A stretch of 64,000 nucleotides of DNA from Welwitschia mirabilis (Eukaryota): NCBI GenBank assembly GCA_051453625.1, contig JBOZIK010000001.1, positions 284,883-348,882 on the forward strand. Reading direction: 5' to 3'. The stretch's first letter is position 1. Each line of letters starts with the position of its first letter. Below are positions 38,677 to 52,825 of this stretch, piece by piece. The notes under the pieces are model-generated. The model was not told the DNA's origin. It searched no databases and saw nothing but the letters and a program-made list of their open reading frames with translations. A program made the position numbers and the translations under genes.

Positions 38677-41600
38677 TATTGGCAAGTTAACTTAATTAAC
38701 TTAGTAGTTATTAACTTGAATAACAAAACATGAAAAGGCATGTTTCATTCCACAATAAAAAGACATGACTCCTCTTTCTTAGTAAAAATACAATATAGAC
38801 AAAAGACATTTATTTCAAAATATGAACTTAGATACTAAATATTTAATTGAATCAGAGCAAAGTATGAAGGAATACTTAAAGTTATATAAGCCTAAGCCTA
38901 AGACTTAGGCATGTGATTCATTCATGAACCACCTACCTAAAAATGGCATGATAGTATCTACTGTTCTCTTATATTCCTCTTATGATGAAACATCTAGTTT
39001 TTATTAGTGTTTGGTTATCAATTATTAATTATTAAATAATATTTTAAATACATTAAAGAGTTTACTATTTATTCCACTATTCATAAAGAAATCAATCTTT
39101 TGCCCTTACTTCCAACATGGTATCAGAGGTAATGGTTCTATCCTAAAACATAACACATATCAACAGTAAAGTTTCCTAATAAAATCCTAAATGTAAAGAT
39201 GTGATAAGCATTTATGAAATTAACAATGTGAAAAAATTTATTTGTTTTGTTAATTAATAATAGTAATTAATTTTAGTTATAGTGGAATTTATGATTTAAA
39301 TCAACATCGTAAAAATTCATATAAATTTGGAAAAAAAAAAAAAGAATGAAGTAAGTGAGAACATTTCATTTAATGCTAGGATTTCAAAATCTATAGAACT
39401 TGAAGTAGCTAATCCTAAGAGAAATTAGCTCTTGTAGTGTTTTATGATTCATGTTTTATTAGAATTAGAAAATAACCTCATTGAAAATTAATGCCTTGCA
39501 ATCCTAGTTAATGAAATTAAATAGATAAACTAGAAGCATTAAGATGAATATTAATAATGTGAAAAAGATTTTTCTAGCTATAAAATACCAAAATATTATG
39601 AAGCATGAAAGAACAAGAACTAATCCTATATAGAATCCAAATCAATGCAATTTTACATTGTGAAGTAATAAGTCACCCATACTCAAACTAACAAGAGATA
39701 TGAAGTTAGTGAGTTGCAGATGTTCTACGAGCATCTACCAAAACATATATCAGTAAAGCCATGAAGCTAAGAATTCAATATCATTATTGATATAATATTG
39801 TTCTTAGCCTATGAAGATTAGGTTTGCTAACCATAAAAGTATCACACTTGAAGCCTACAATAACATAAAAGTCACACTTTCCTCTATGAAAAAAATTAAT
39901 ATTTTCTTTCTTCATCAAAAAATATGAAGACTTGATTTTTTCATTCTTACTTCTCAAAACACTCTTGAAGAAATAGTATTAACATCATCTCACCTATATC
40001 TTTTTTAAAATAAATAATGTAGATATGTATGAATAAAGTCATATTTTCTAAAAAAACCAATGTAGCATGCTTTATTAGATTTAAGAACAAATATCTTGTC
40101 AAATAAAATAAGGGATGAATTAAATAAGGTTTCTAAAATTGCTTGAAATCCCATGTAGTAAATTTCATTATAATTCAATAAAAAATTAAGGCTAAAGATC
40201 ACGTTTTACCTTTCTTACTATGAAAAAGTTAAAGAGATTAAAGTGCCTATGTTTTTCTATGTTCTACAATGTTTTATTAGGTGTCTGATGAGTAAGTCTT
40301 TTACTATTCACTCTATTTTATTTACATTATATATTTAGTGGCACTATGCTTTGTGATTTCTCTTCATATTCTTTCTCCTTATCTATTTTATATGTCCCTC
40401 AATCATTAAAATGAGTGTGGTCCTAGTAGCAATAGTAGTTTAGAAAAATATGGGTTAGAATTCTTTAAATTAATAAAAGTATATATTAGTATGGTTAAAG
40501 TGTTAGTTAAAATTCATACTTCTCTTAGCTTTAGTTTCACTAGACATAGTAAATCTATCATGCACTATATAGTAAAGGTACCTAAAAACATTAAGAAGGC
40601 TAAGTAGGTTGGCCTTAATTACTTTTGTGAAATTCCCATTCCAAATAATCTTACAAGAAAATGCATTTGTTATTTTAACTAAGGACTTATTCTAATAAAT
40701 AATAATTATGCAAAGAAGCACTAGTTTTAAAAGATATCAGATAAATATAGAGTTGTATTCCCTTGTTCTTCAAAACTTTAGTAAAACAATAAGCACTAGA
40801 GAACTTGAAAAAACAAAAACGAAATTTCCATATGGACAGGACATTTGTTAAATTTGTCTTAATGAATTTTTAAAGTGGATGTAGTACCAATCTAAAGGAA
40901 CCATGAATGCATTCGATATATCTTCATTTTATAAAAGACTTATTGAAATATTTTTGACATAAATCATGTTTCATGCAAAGATGATATCATGTCCATAATG
41001 GAAGTTATATTTGTTTTATCATGCCTTCATAAAGGAGAAGGATTTTTTTTTTTTTTTATAAAGCCACAAGGAACTTGATGTACATCTATAAAATTTGAAA
41101 GGCTAGATTAATTTTACATGAAAAGCATTAATTTAATATAATGTAAAGTTGTAATACTTAACAGTTTTACTTAAGCGAACCATATCAAAGAGCATCACGA
41201 AGAATGCACGTCACAAACTAAGATTTTAATTTTAAATATTTCTAATGCCCCAAGTTCTAAACTACTAAAGAATATCATAGGAAATTGTTTTCTTTATCAG
41301 ATATTCTATTGAAGACTTTAATGAAATAATATACAACCTCTTCATAAGAAAAAAGGAAAATCGACGAAGATAAAGAGAAATAAGGGCATCAAAGAACATG
41401 CTTAATATCCTCATAAAAAAATGATGGTTCATTGCTTAGTGAATCAACATTATTCTTCAATGTATTAGAATCTCTTCTATACCACGAAGAGAATGTTCTG
41501 ACAAAATAAATCATTAAAACAATCACTATTATGACTGTTGTCAAAGAAAAGTTCCCTATAAGTGAAATAGAGTCATCAATAGAATAACAAAAAGTTTAAA

Positions 41601-43456
41601 ACAAAATCCTAAATACTTCTATTGATGATCCTACTATTACATGTAACCTAAACACATGAAGTTCATGTAAAAACTTGATGTTGACATGTAGTTTTATGAG
41701 TTAAAATAAGACATGATTATTATACTTATGATTATTTTAAAAATATTATTGAGAGTTCTATTCCTTAAGAATTTACAAATAATCCAATAATTTATATCAA
41801 AGTAGTAGAAAGATAAACTAAAAATGGAGATAAAGAAATATTATAAGAATTAGTGCACTCCTTGATTAAATAGCTAATGAAGAGGAGATAATTAAAATTA
41901 ATATAATTTTGGACCTGCTTATTACTAATGAAGTCTAGGAAATTTTGTATTATGCTTATGAACTTAAAATGCTGAAAATAAAGGAGGCCACTAAGAAAAA
42001 CTTCAAGAAGTCAATACAATAGTTCTTCAAAAATAAAATGAAAAACTTTAGAAATAATCAAATAAGATCAGAAAAATAAAACAAATAATTTTAAATTAAA
42101 AATTTTCAAACATTTTAAAAATTCAAAATAAAAATTAATGAAGTGTACAAGTAATAAAAGATAGAATTTACCAAGCTGAATGATGACCACAAGTATTGCA
42201 AAAATATTTGTATGGAGCATAAGCCCAAACTAATTAGCTTAAAGGATAGAAATCATAGATATTTGGAAGACAGAGATAAAAAGGTAAAACCCCTTAATGA
42301 AGCATAAAATATCATTTATAAGCTTTTTTCTCATAATGAATAGTTTAAGAAAAAATACAAAAGCTTAATCTAAAATTAGCTTAAGAAAGTAACATCTCTC
42401 AAGATAGATACTATGAACTAAACATAAGACAGAAAACTAGAGTAGACTATCAGTGAAGCTTTTATCAATGCTAAAAGTGAAGAAGACCTAGAAGTCAAAG
42501 TTGAAAGATTCTTTAAATCTTACATGTAATTTTGTTGTATTAACAGACAATAATTTTTCCTTGTAATTATTCCTTTTTTTGGTTGAAGTAATGAAAAGGT
42601 AAAAGTTGTATGAAGTATTTGTGTTTGTTTTTAATAACTTTATACAAGGGATAAAACAAACTCTAATATTAAATAAATACTTAAAAATAAAAAGGTTATC
42701 CTTCAAAAAGAAAATAATACTAATTGTTAAAAGAATTATTTATTAGTTTAGATGAAACAAATTTGGGTATAATATTAAACCAATATAAAGGAATAAAAAG
42801 GCTAGCCACCAAAATAAAATAGCTTATAAAATAGTGCACTTAAAAAACTAGAAGTGAGAAAGTTTTAAATGTTACTATCTTACTAAATTTCTCAAATAGA
42901 ACCTAAAGATAAAATTGCTTTAGAGATGATGAATATAATGAAGAAAAATAAATTAAGAAAAGTGAAGATGAAATAAATTCAAAAATCCAAAATAAGTCTA
43001 AGTGAAACTATGATAAAATTAAAAGGAAGTGTTATAAAGATAACTAAACTCACTTAACAATTATAAACTTAGTTAACTAAACATAAAAAGACATGTTTCA
43101 TTTTACAACTGAAAGATGCAAACCTGCCTATTTGATAAAACACAATCCAGATGAAGAACTTTTATTTCAAAAGATGAACTAGTATAAAAAAAATTTCATT
43201 AAGTTAAAACAAAGTGTAACAAAATGCTTGAAGTTACAAAGTCCTAAGTCTAAGATTTAGGTAGGTGGTTGATAGTTAAACCACTTGTTTAAAAATACAA
43301 TAATGTTATTAAATGTTACTTTTATGTTTTTTGTGATAAAATAACTATTCATAATCATATTTAATGATTAATTATTAATAATAATTTAAATAAATTAAAA
43401 ATCTTTATTCCTTTATCATTTCTTCTATTATTCAGATTTCACACTTATTTCCAATA
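38677..43456 (+). mobile_element. LTR retrotransposon lacking a recognisable RT (LTRs about 38677-39117 and 43030-43456), nested in a copia RT/RNase H
   Basis: Two alignable LTRs of about 430-440 bp. Near-perfect Met-i PBS TGGTATCAGAG at 39118 right after ccaaca. Purine tract aaaaggaag before TGTTA at 43030. Zinc-knuckle and protease traces at about 39640-39860. Confidence 0.75.
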
Positions 43457-43900
43457 GTATACCATTTATTAAACTAACTAAAAGCAAAAAACTAAAATAT
43501 TATTCTCCACTGAATCATAATATGTAATAATAGCCCCACTTAGCATGAAACTAAAGTGGCTAATGAATTTTTAAGAATATTTTTAAGGGGTGAAAACCAA
43601 TTATCATTATGTCTAATAATCAAAGTATCATAAACTAATCAAGAATCATATGTTTTATTAGATAATAAACACTTTAACATAACATATTCTTATATCAAAT
43701 AGTTATAGATAGAAGGATTTCTTAAATGAAAATATATAAGTTCCAAAGAATAACATGAAAATAATTTAATCAAAGGTCTTTTCAAAATAAAAATCCTTCA
43801 TTTTTAAATGCACTAAAATTTATACTCATAAACCTAGTTTCTGGAAAAAAACCATTACATTAGAGAAAAATCAAGCCAATGGATTAAGAGAGAGTATTAG
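43457..43900 (+). mobile_element. Old Ty1/copia RNase H and PPT (right part)
   Basis: FSTES*YV (cf. STTEAEY), NNQS (cf. DNQS), LIKGL (cf. LTKGL), purine tract ggattaagagagag at about 43881. Confidence 0.6.
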
Positions 43901-44480
43901 ATGGTACCAACCCAATGAGTTATAAGTGAAGCCTAAAGATCCTCATCCATAGATCTAATTTAATTAAAATCACTTATTCTTCAATTAATTCATTAAAGCA
44001 GAATGATTTTCTAAATTTTTATCCATCACTCTTAGTATTCAATGTAAAATGTTAACATTTTCAAATTTTATACAACATTTGAAACAATGATTATTCCATA
44101 CTTCCAATTATTTTTCATGCTTCTATATTTCTACCACTTCAAATTCTTTTACTATGTAAAATACTTGGAACTTACAAATTTAATAAAATGCAAGGGACCA
44201 GTGCTATGCAAAACCTAAAAAATTCCTTTAATAGTTTGAATATTTGGTTATATTCATTTATTAGAATGTGGGTAGATTTTTTTTCCTTTATTTTTCTCTA
44301 ATAGGATGAAAAATGTTAAGGAGGATATATGAACCATTTTCATCCATAACATCCTTATATTTAATTATGATTTTTAATTTTAGTAGTCTAATCTATGTTA
44401 AAATTAATCTATAGTAATCCTTAATTAGTATTTATGATAGGATTCTAGGGTACTGTCTACATGATTTCTGAAAGTATCCA

Positions 44481-46300
44481 TGTAACACCCTAGTATTTTT
44501 AATAAATTAATATTTTGTTTACTTTATATTTATTATGTAGACAAGAATTATTAACTATCAAATGATGTAATGGATAGACAAATATGAATTATATGTTTAT
44601 GTTTATTTTAATTCATTAATGAAATCCTAATATTTGTATGCATATGTTGTTGAGTATAATATACTCTTCAATTTATGAAATATAATAAGAATAATACTTG
44701 CATATGTACTAATATGTTGCAAAGACGTAAAATATATCATGAACAAGAACCAGATATGTAAATGAGATATAAAATATGAATGAAATCCATTTACATGAAT
44801 CATATTTTATCATACAAAAGTATGAACAAAATATATCATAGATGGGATTTAGAAATAGGGATCAGATCAAGTTATGTAAAACATGATTTACACATGGGTG
44901 TTAATCAAATAGGAATTGAAAGTCTAACAGACATGTAATTATGATGAAAAAGGGAAAGACATGTAGTTTTTGGTATGAATACAAAAGTTAAAGATAAGAA
45001 AATATCCAATATGAAATAAAGTATGATTTGATCTAAAGTAAATAAATTATAAAGGACTAAATAATCTCTTCTAAAGCAATGTTTGTAATAACTTGATAAG
45101 AAATGTTACAGTAAGGGCATGAATCCTTAATTATTTTCTTAAATAATAATACACTTATTTCCCTTTTAACATGATTTTTGAAGAATTATAAAGGCCCTAT
45201 GTGGCTTGAGCTTCCTTATTACTCTAGATACTTCCTACAATCTTAGGATTATTAGGAAGTGTAAAGATGACAAAAGGAATGAATAAGTATATTTAGAACT
45301 TTATTCAAATGTTTTATTTTAAATATTAATTATGTGCTCCTTTTGAGTATCATGAAATACTAAAAGCTAAATGTTTATGGAGAGAACAAAGAAATATACT
45401 ACTTGAGTCAATTGAGTGAATAAAAGTAATAACTTACTATCTCTAGAAGTAGAAAGATCTTCTAATTTAATTCATTGAGAGAACTCATATGAAAATAATA
45501 ATTAGAATAAATGAGTTCACATTCTAAGTATAGAATGATTGCATAAGCCTAAGGATTAATAAAGGATAAAAGAGTATAAGAGAAGATCCAATAATATGCT
45601 TAGCTAAAATTTGAAAAGTTAAACTTAGAATATGGTAAATGTATTAGAACTTAATTGATTCAAGCATATAATTTCTCTAATAAATCAATGAAGATTTAAA
45701 AAAAACATTATCAAATAATAATCATGGATGTAATATAATACAATAAATTATAATTCTCACTTTAAAATATTCATAATGAACATAGATGTCCTTAAAATTA
45801 TTATAAATGATGATTATTATAATGTAAAAGATAAACATATGATCTTAGTTAATTAAGATATATATACAAAGGTTAAAAGTCCAATATAAAGCAATTCATA
45901 AGAAGCTATAAGTTAAATATTAAGACATATAAAATAAAAAGAGGACATAAGCATCAAATTATAAAATAAATCAAGAAGTGTAAATAATGGATGTATAATA
46001 ATCACACAAAGATCATGATATGTTATTAAAGTATTAAAAATTAAAAAAATGTAAAATCAAAGGAAACCAAAAAGGAGTCAAATGCATGCACATAAAATTA
46101 AAATAAGACTTGCTTAGAATGTATCCACCATTAATTATTAATACTTTTAAATTTAAATAAATTTAGAAATGAAATTCTTTGTGTTATGAATTTACTTGTT
46201 AATAATCTAAAGTGCTAGCATATTAAATTTCTTTTATAATATGATCTACTTATCTATTAGAGTTTTTCCATCTTTTAAATTCTTTATTTTTTTAACCTAG
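44481..46300 (+). mobile_element. Possible Tekay/Del-type LTR remnant
   Basis: Begins with TGTAACACCC, a typical Tekay LTR 5' terminus. The right boundary is not established. Confidence 0.3.
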
Positions 46301-46730
46301 GATAAAATCCTATAGAAGAACATATAATGTCAAAATTTCCATAGTGGTTACTGTAACTTGGAATGTAATAATGTGTTTTGTATATTTTACTTTGTACAAT
46401 TCCAAGTTGAAAAACTTCTCATAATGATTTTGTGACTTCAAAGAACAATGTGTTTTTCTTCTATTTCTTTAAAGGACTTAAATTTATCAAAATTTTCATA
46501 CTAATTTCATTAAAAAAATAAAGTTCATGATATTCTTTAATACATGATTTAACTATAAAGAAATAATGGAAGAGTCATCCCAAAATACCTTATGATAAAT
46601 CTAGATGAAACTATGGAATTTTAATTATGGTAATTTAGGTATTAAGATTTCTCCTCCTTTAAAAAACAATCATTTAAAAGGAATTTTTTAAACTTAATAT
46701 TAAACTTGATGTATTAGATTTAGTAGAAAA

Positions 46731-49700
46731 TATTTTTTTAGTAAAAAGAATTTTGGATCATTAAACATAGAGGGGAGTAATGAATAACTTCCAAATTAAA
46801 AATCATACTATAAATAAAAATTAATAGTAACCAAAAATTAAAAGATGCAAAACAAAAGAATTTAACTCCTGACTATGGTGGGCACTACCTTCTACGTTCT
46901 AAGGGAAGGCCTATTGGCCTTACTCTAAAGGCCTTTGTTCTTGGGCTTTGACTGAGGGTTCTTCTTGAACTTCATTTTCCTGCATTAGGGGTAGAATTAC
47001 TTTCTTTGCTTGAACTTCCTAGGGCGAAATCACCCCTCTCTTAAAATGAGGGGTTTCTGGCTCAGTATCCCTCTTAGATTGGGAAACCTTATTAGGCTTG
47101 GGCCTTTTCTTCTTTTTACCCTTAGGAGACATATCCTTAAAAGTCCTTTGCTGAGGAGGAGGAGGAGGAGGGCTAACCTCCCTTATTCTCAGATCCTTTA
47201 AAGATCTCCAAATGACCATGATAAGGCCTAAATGTGTCACAGAATTTTTCCATTGTAAAGCCTAAATGAAAAAGTAAGGAACATTAGCTTAATACCCTAG
47301 GTTGAAGGCCTTGATAAAGGAAAAATATAGCCCTGATAGTTTCAAACAATATCTGGTATAAATAAAGTAGCAGTCAATCATCTCAGCCCTTAAGCCCCAT
47401 AAGAGCGGAAGTACCTTGCAATTAATATGATTACCAGAAAGCTTTGGGATGCCTTCTAAGAAGAAATGGACCTTCTACTACCCTCAGGGATTCTTTCCCT
47501 TATTATAGGAATGCCCAATAGGTGAGAAATGGATTATTCTATAATATTAATTGAAATTCTTCTTAATGTGGTTCCTTATCCTTTCCATCTTCTATAAAAT
47601 GAAGCGATATCGATCTCAAGTGCTTTTTTTAGCTTGTGTAAGAGAGCTTTTCATCCTATGGCCTGCACCTTATCCCATAATGTAGGGCACCCTTCGAACA
47701 AGCTTGGGTCTAATGGCTCAATTATTGGAGTAGCCTCCATAGATGCCTTGATTTACAAATGGTACCATTTAATATTTCTAGCATTGTTTATAGGAAATGG
47801 AAGGGGGTATTATTGAATATCACTTCATTATGGGTATGTCAGATCTGCCATCATGTCAAGTGTATATCATCTTTTTTGCACATCTCAGATATGTTCCAAC
47901 TGTTGTAATAATTACTCATAACTCTTATTAATTCAGTACTCCATCTACATTGATGAAGAATGTGTTAAGCATTTTCTTAATGAGATTAGCATNNNNNNNN
48001 NNNNNNNNNNNNNNNNNNNNNNNNNNNNNNNNNNNNNNNNNNNNNNNNNNNNNNNNNNNNNNNNNNNNNNNNNNNNNNNNNNNNNNNNNNNNNNNNNNNN
48101 NNNNNNNNNNNNNNNNNNNNNNNNNNNNNNNNNNNNNNNNNNNNNNNNNNNNNNNNNNNNNNNNNNNNNNNNNNNNNNNNNNNNNNNNNNNNNNNNNNNN
48201 NNNNNNNNNNNNNNNNNNNNNNNNNNNNNNNNNNNNNNNNNNNNNNNNNNNNNNNNNNNNNNNNNNNNNNNNNNNNNNNNNNNNNNNNNNNNNNNNNNNN
48301 NNNNNNNNNNNNNNNNNNNNNNNNNNNNNNNNNNNNNNNNNNNNNNNNNNNNNNNNNNNNNNNNNNNNNNNNNNNNNNNNNNNNNNNNNNNNNNNNNNNN
48401 NNNNNNNNNNNNNNNNNNNNNNNNNNNNNNNNNNNNNNNNNNNNNNNNNNNNNNNNNNNNNNNNNNNNNNNNNNNNNNNNNNNNNNNNNNNNNNNNNNNN
48501 NNNNNNNNNNNNNNNNNNNNNNNNNNNNNNNNNNNNNNNNNNNNNNNNNNNNNNNNNNNNNNNNNNNNNNNNNNNNNNNNNNNNNNNNNNNNNNNNNNNN
48601 NNNNNNNNNNNNNNNNNNNNNNNNNNNNNNNNNNNNNNNNNNNNNNNNNNNNNNTAGATGTCATGTTTGAGTAGTTGATCCCATGTGAGAATTCAGTTGT
48701 GACCCTTCAGCCAATTGAAGATCTTAATTTTATTTGGAATTTGCCCCCTTAAAAGAATTTTGTAAGCCTCATTTTTCCCATATTTTGTAAGGAGTATCAT
48801 TTTAATTGTATCATCATTGCAAATGTTTAGTTTCATCAAGTTTCTTCTCATATACAGAGGTGTTTTTAAAGGTAGGACTCCCCTTCTCTCATGCTTTAAG
48901 TTGAGTACTTATGGTTAATAAGATTTCTCTAAGGTTAATCACCCTTAGATAGTCTTTTAAGAACTTTCTGTGCATCAGTCAGAAGACAATCCTCTAGCCT
49001 ATGCACTCCCTAACCTCGTGCCTCTCTTAGATGAGCAATAAGCTTCCATTTATAAAGGTTAATGTATTTTTTATCTTTACTTTCTAACTACATGAAGTTC
49101 TTTAGAGTTCTGTTAATTTTTTTTAATTATGAATTTTGGGTTGAGAGGGGTTATAACAAAGGCAATGTACCTGAAACAAAATATCAGATAAGTATTTACT
49201 AGGATGATTTTTTCTTTAAAGGAAAGGAATTTATTCTGCTAGGCATTGCATTTCCTCTTTATTGATTCCAAGATGAAGTTTCAAGTTAGGATCTTGTACC
49301 AATTCCGAAGAGAGATTCCAAGGTAGATTTCCTTAGAATTCTGGTGATTTCGCTCCTTCTAGTAATGTTTTAGTCCATAATGTAAATTCCAGATTTATTA
49401 TAATTAGTTTTAAGTCTCATGGAATCTTCAAAATGATTCATAGATTTCTTGGTAGCTTTAGCTTGTTGACAAGAGGCTTGAGTTATGATGATTATGTCAT
49501 TAGTGTACTGGTTATTAATAAATATTTAGCTTCCTATTTTAATGCTTATAACTCCATTACTTTTAAGAATTCCATGTAAAACATTTAAAACAAATAGAAA
49601 GAGGAATAAAAGGATTCCCTTGCCTTAATTCTTGACCTATTAAAAAGTATTTAGTTTTATAACTATTAACTTCCACTCTGAACTTAGCAGAAGCTTGTAT

Positions 49701-52700
49701 ATCTAACCATAAGTTAGTAATGTCTAAATTGAATTTTATTTTTCTAAGAATACAACCTAAATCTTGTCAGCTAATAGATTCATAGGCCATTATGATATCT
49801 AGTTTAGTAATGAGTAAAGGAAATATATGTTTTTTAATAGAATAAATAATTTCATGAGTTAGGAGAATTTGGTCTTGAATGTACTTAGATCGGATGAAGT
49901 CAGATTGGTTCTCGGAAACTACCTTGGGGAGTAGGGTAATGATATATCCCACCATTATTTTTGTGAAGATCCTATATGGAACATTACAAATACCTAGTAG
50001 TTTATATCCTTCTAGTTTACTAGCATCTCATTTTTTGGGAATGAGGACAACCTTGGTTCTATTCATTTCCCTAGGGATGCATTTATTGTTAAAGATATCT
50101 TGTATTACATCATGAAGGTTGTCTCCCATAAAAGAGAAATAGGTCCTAAATAGTTTGATTAGGCAACTGTCTAGCCTTGGTTCTCTATTATTCTTCATTA
50201 ATTTCAAAGCTGGCTAAACTTCTTCTCTAACTAGAGGTTTAGTTAAATGAGCATTATCCTCATTAGAAATTCTTCTATCCTTTGAAATAAGGTTGAGAAT
50301 GATATATTTCCACTCCTATGTTTTCTTAAGGTGGATTTATATTTCCTTGGCTATTTTCTCTTCATTTTAATAGTCTATTTCCTGATGGTAAGCCTTCTGA
50401 TTCAGTTATCTACTCAATGTTGGTTAGTGTACTAAAAGAAGAATTTGGTATCTATCCCCCTCTTTGAGCCACTTAATCTTAGTTATTTTCCTCTAATAAT
50501 TTTCCTCATATACATTTATTTCTTAAAATTCCATGAGGCATTTGTATTTCCTATTATGAAAGAAGTTCTGATTTTCTTCCTCTTCTTACTCAGCTTGAAT
50601 TTTTTTATAACTCTTCCTTCAGCTTGTTTTTCGATTCAAATCTCTGCTTATCCTTTTTCCTTCAATCCTTAATGTGTGAGTTAAGGGTATTTAAGCCTAT
50701 GTAGAGAAATGTAAGAGGGTAAGTGTTATTATACTAATTTTAGATCTTCTCAATTATTATTCTAGTCTCTTTCTTCATATTTGAAATAAGGCTCTAGGGG
50801 CATTATTATCCATATTTTATATTTAACTGATTGATGATCTGAGGCCATTTTATTCAGACCCCATGCTTCGATTGGTATCTTAGCTATGTTCTTTCAAGTA
50901 AGGATTTGGTCTATTCTAGACATTATCTGGTTGTCTCTTATTCTTCTATTGGACTAGGTGTATTTATATCCTATAAGTGATACATTCAAGAGGATATTTT
51001 TCATCATAAAATCTCTAAGAATTGCTAACCCCCTACTATTCTAGTTTTTGTCGTTTGTTTCTCCCAATGGTGTAGGCATTAATTAAAATTTCCCACTAGT
51101 AATCATTTGGCCTTGTCCATTACTATCCTCTAGAGGTCCTCGAACATGGAGGCTTTGTCTAGATTGTTCTAGAGGATGTAAACATTTGTAATAATCCATC
51201 CTTCTTTCTTTAGATAGACAGTTAAGTGATTTTTACTGCTATTAAGTAGTTCTACTTTCTTATTCATGAGGGTCATAATTCCTCTTGAGTTTACTTGTGC
51301 TGTAGATGTGAGAATGTTTCACTGCTACCAGAAGTTGTCTAATTTCATGCTATCTCACATGTTTGTTTCTTGTAAACAGAATAAATTGATGTTAAATTTT
51401 CTGATCAAATCTCTTAGGATCTTTTCTTATAGTAAAACCCTAGTTCCCTATAATTCTAAGTGATACACTCCATCAAGTTTGTTTTTATCCCTTTCTAAGC
51501 ACTTCTTTGCCTTTTTTCAATGTGTATAGTTGCTTAAGAGCTGCTAGCCACATTATCTATAGTTTTTTTCTCTCAGAATATTCCATTGCTGAGTATTTCC
51601 TTTATCTAAACTTTAACATCATTTGACTCATTTGTATTTATTGGATTTTGAGATTAATAGGCATCTTTATGCTCTTCCTCCGTTAGGTGTTGCAAGGGAT
51701 TGTATTTCATGTTTTTTTCATTTTTTTCTTTTGAGTAGACCATAATATTTTTGATTATCTTCTCTTTCTTCTATTTGTGTTAGCAATCATTTTTATTATG
51801 CCCTATCTTTCCACAAAAAGAATATGTTTCCTTCTATTTTCTTTTAATGTCAATCTAGTCCTTTCCTACATTCTTTCTTTTCGTGGCCTTTTCTTCCATA
51901 ATGGATACATCTCTTTTTTGTTATCGTGCATCTTCTTGGGGTGTGCCTAGCCTTCTCATAGGTCTCACACGTTACTAGAAGATTTTCATAAGTGACTTTG
52001 AGGTCATACATACCCCACTTAGATCTGAACTTCATGGATTAAATCTCCTTTATTTATTCTATGCTAATCTAAACACAAAATCTTGTTAGAATCAATCTTG
52101 TTTGTTTTATGATTATCTTATCTAATTTTATTACTTCTCTAAACTAAGAGGAAATTTTTATTAGTAGATCTTCATCCCATAACTCCAGATGAAACTTCTG
52201 TATATGGATCCATAGTGGTAGTTTTTTGGACAGGTTTGGGTCCAATTGCACTCCCAGCATCCATTTGGCTAGGGATAACCCCTTCACTCCAAAAAGCCAT
52301 GGTTCTCTTTCTATTACTTCATTTTAATCCTTTTCATTATCAAATTGAAAGAGAACTAATCCTTTTGGCATAGTTATTACCTCGACTTTACTAACCCCTA
52401 TTCATTTAGTGGCTATCCATTCTCTAATGAAATCAAGTTTGGGCCTTGGACTCACCGAAACAAACTTGTCTATTAAACTATATTAAAGTTTCTTTTCTAT
52501 TCCAGAGCATGCATCTTCATCTATGTCTAAAACTAGGGTTTTCCCCTCCTTAGAATACTGAGTCTTCTTTATTTTGAGGGAAAAAACCCCTTCTTTAAAT
52601 CTTGCTTTATATCAACTCTGAAGAAAGAAATAATACTATGTTTTACTCCTTACTCGATTATTTGATGGCTAATACTATCCCTTGTATGATGTAGTTCTCT

Positions 52701-52825
52701 GAAATTGAAACTACCCCTATCGATGTAATGTTTCATGAACCCTAGCTTTTTTCTTTCCTCGCTTTGCTCTAAGTAATCACTTCTCATCTCTTCGATAATT
52801 AGCAATACTTAGAAATAAGTGTTGG
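46731..52825 (-). mobile_element. Near full-length degenerate L1 LINE with ORF1, ORF2 and an apparent extra 3' ORF
   Basis: ORF1 with double zinc knuckle (TCETYEKARHTPRRC...CIHYGRKGHEKKEC). EN start T*NYRELG at about 51450. RT LPKVVSENQSDFI...ILLTHEI...TKLDIIMAYES, LRQG, QYTND. C-terminus *WQI*HTHNEVIFN at about 47850-47815. Short T-run at 46733-46739 and candidate TSD ttag-atttagtagaa / ttagcatttactaaaa. Confidence 0.85.
46860..47740 (-). pseudogene. Disrupted ORF3 of the L1: 'putative plant transposon protein'-like accessory domain followed by a Pro-rich/basic tail
   Basis: MEATPIIEPLDPSLFEGCPTLWDKVQAIG*KALLHKL...WKG*GTTLRRISINIIE*SISHLLGIP...LWGLRAEMIDCYFIY...GY*ANVPYFFI*ALQWKNSVTHLGLIMVIW...PPPPPPQQ...KGKKKKRPKP. 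Most stops are single C>T/G>A changes. Confidence 0.55.
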
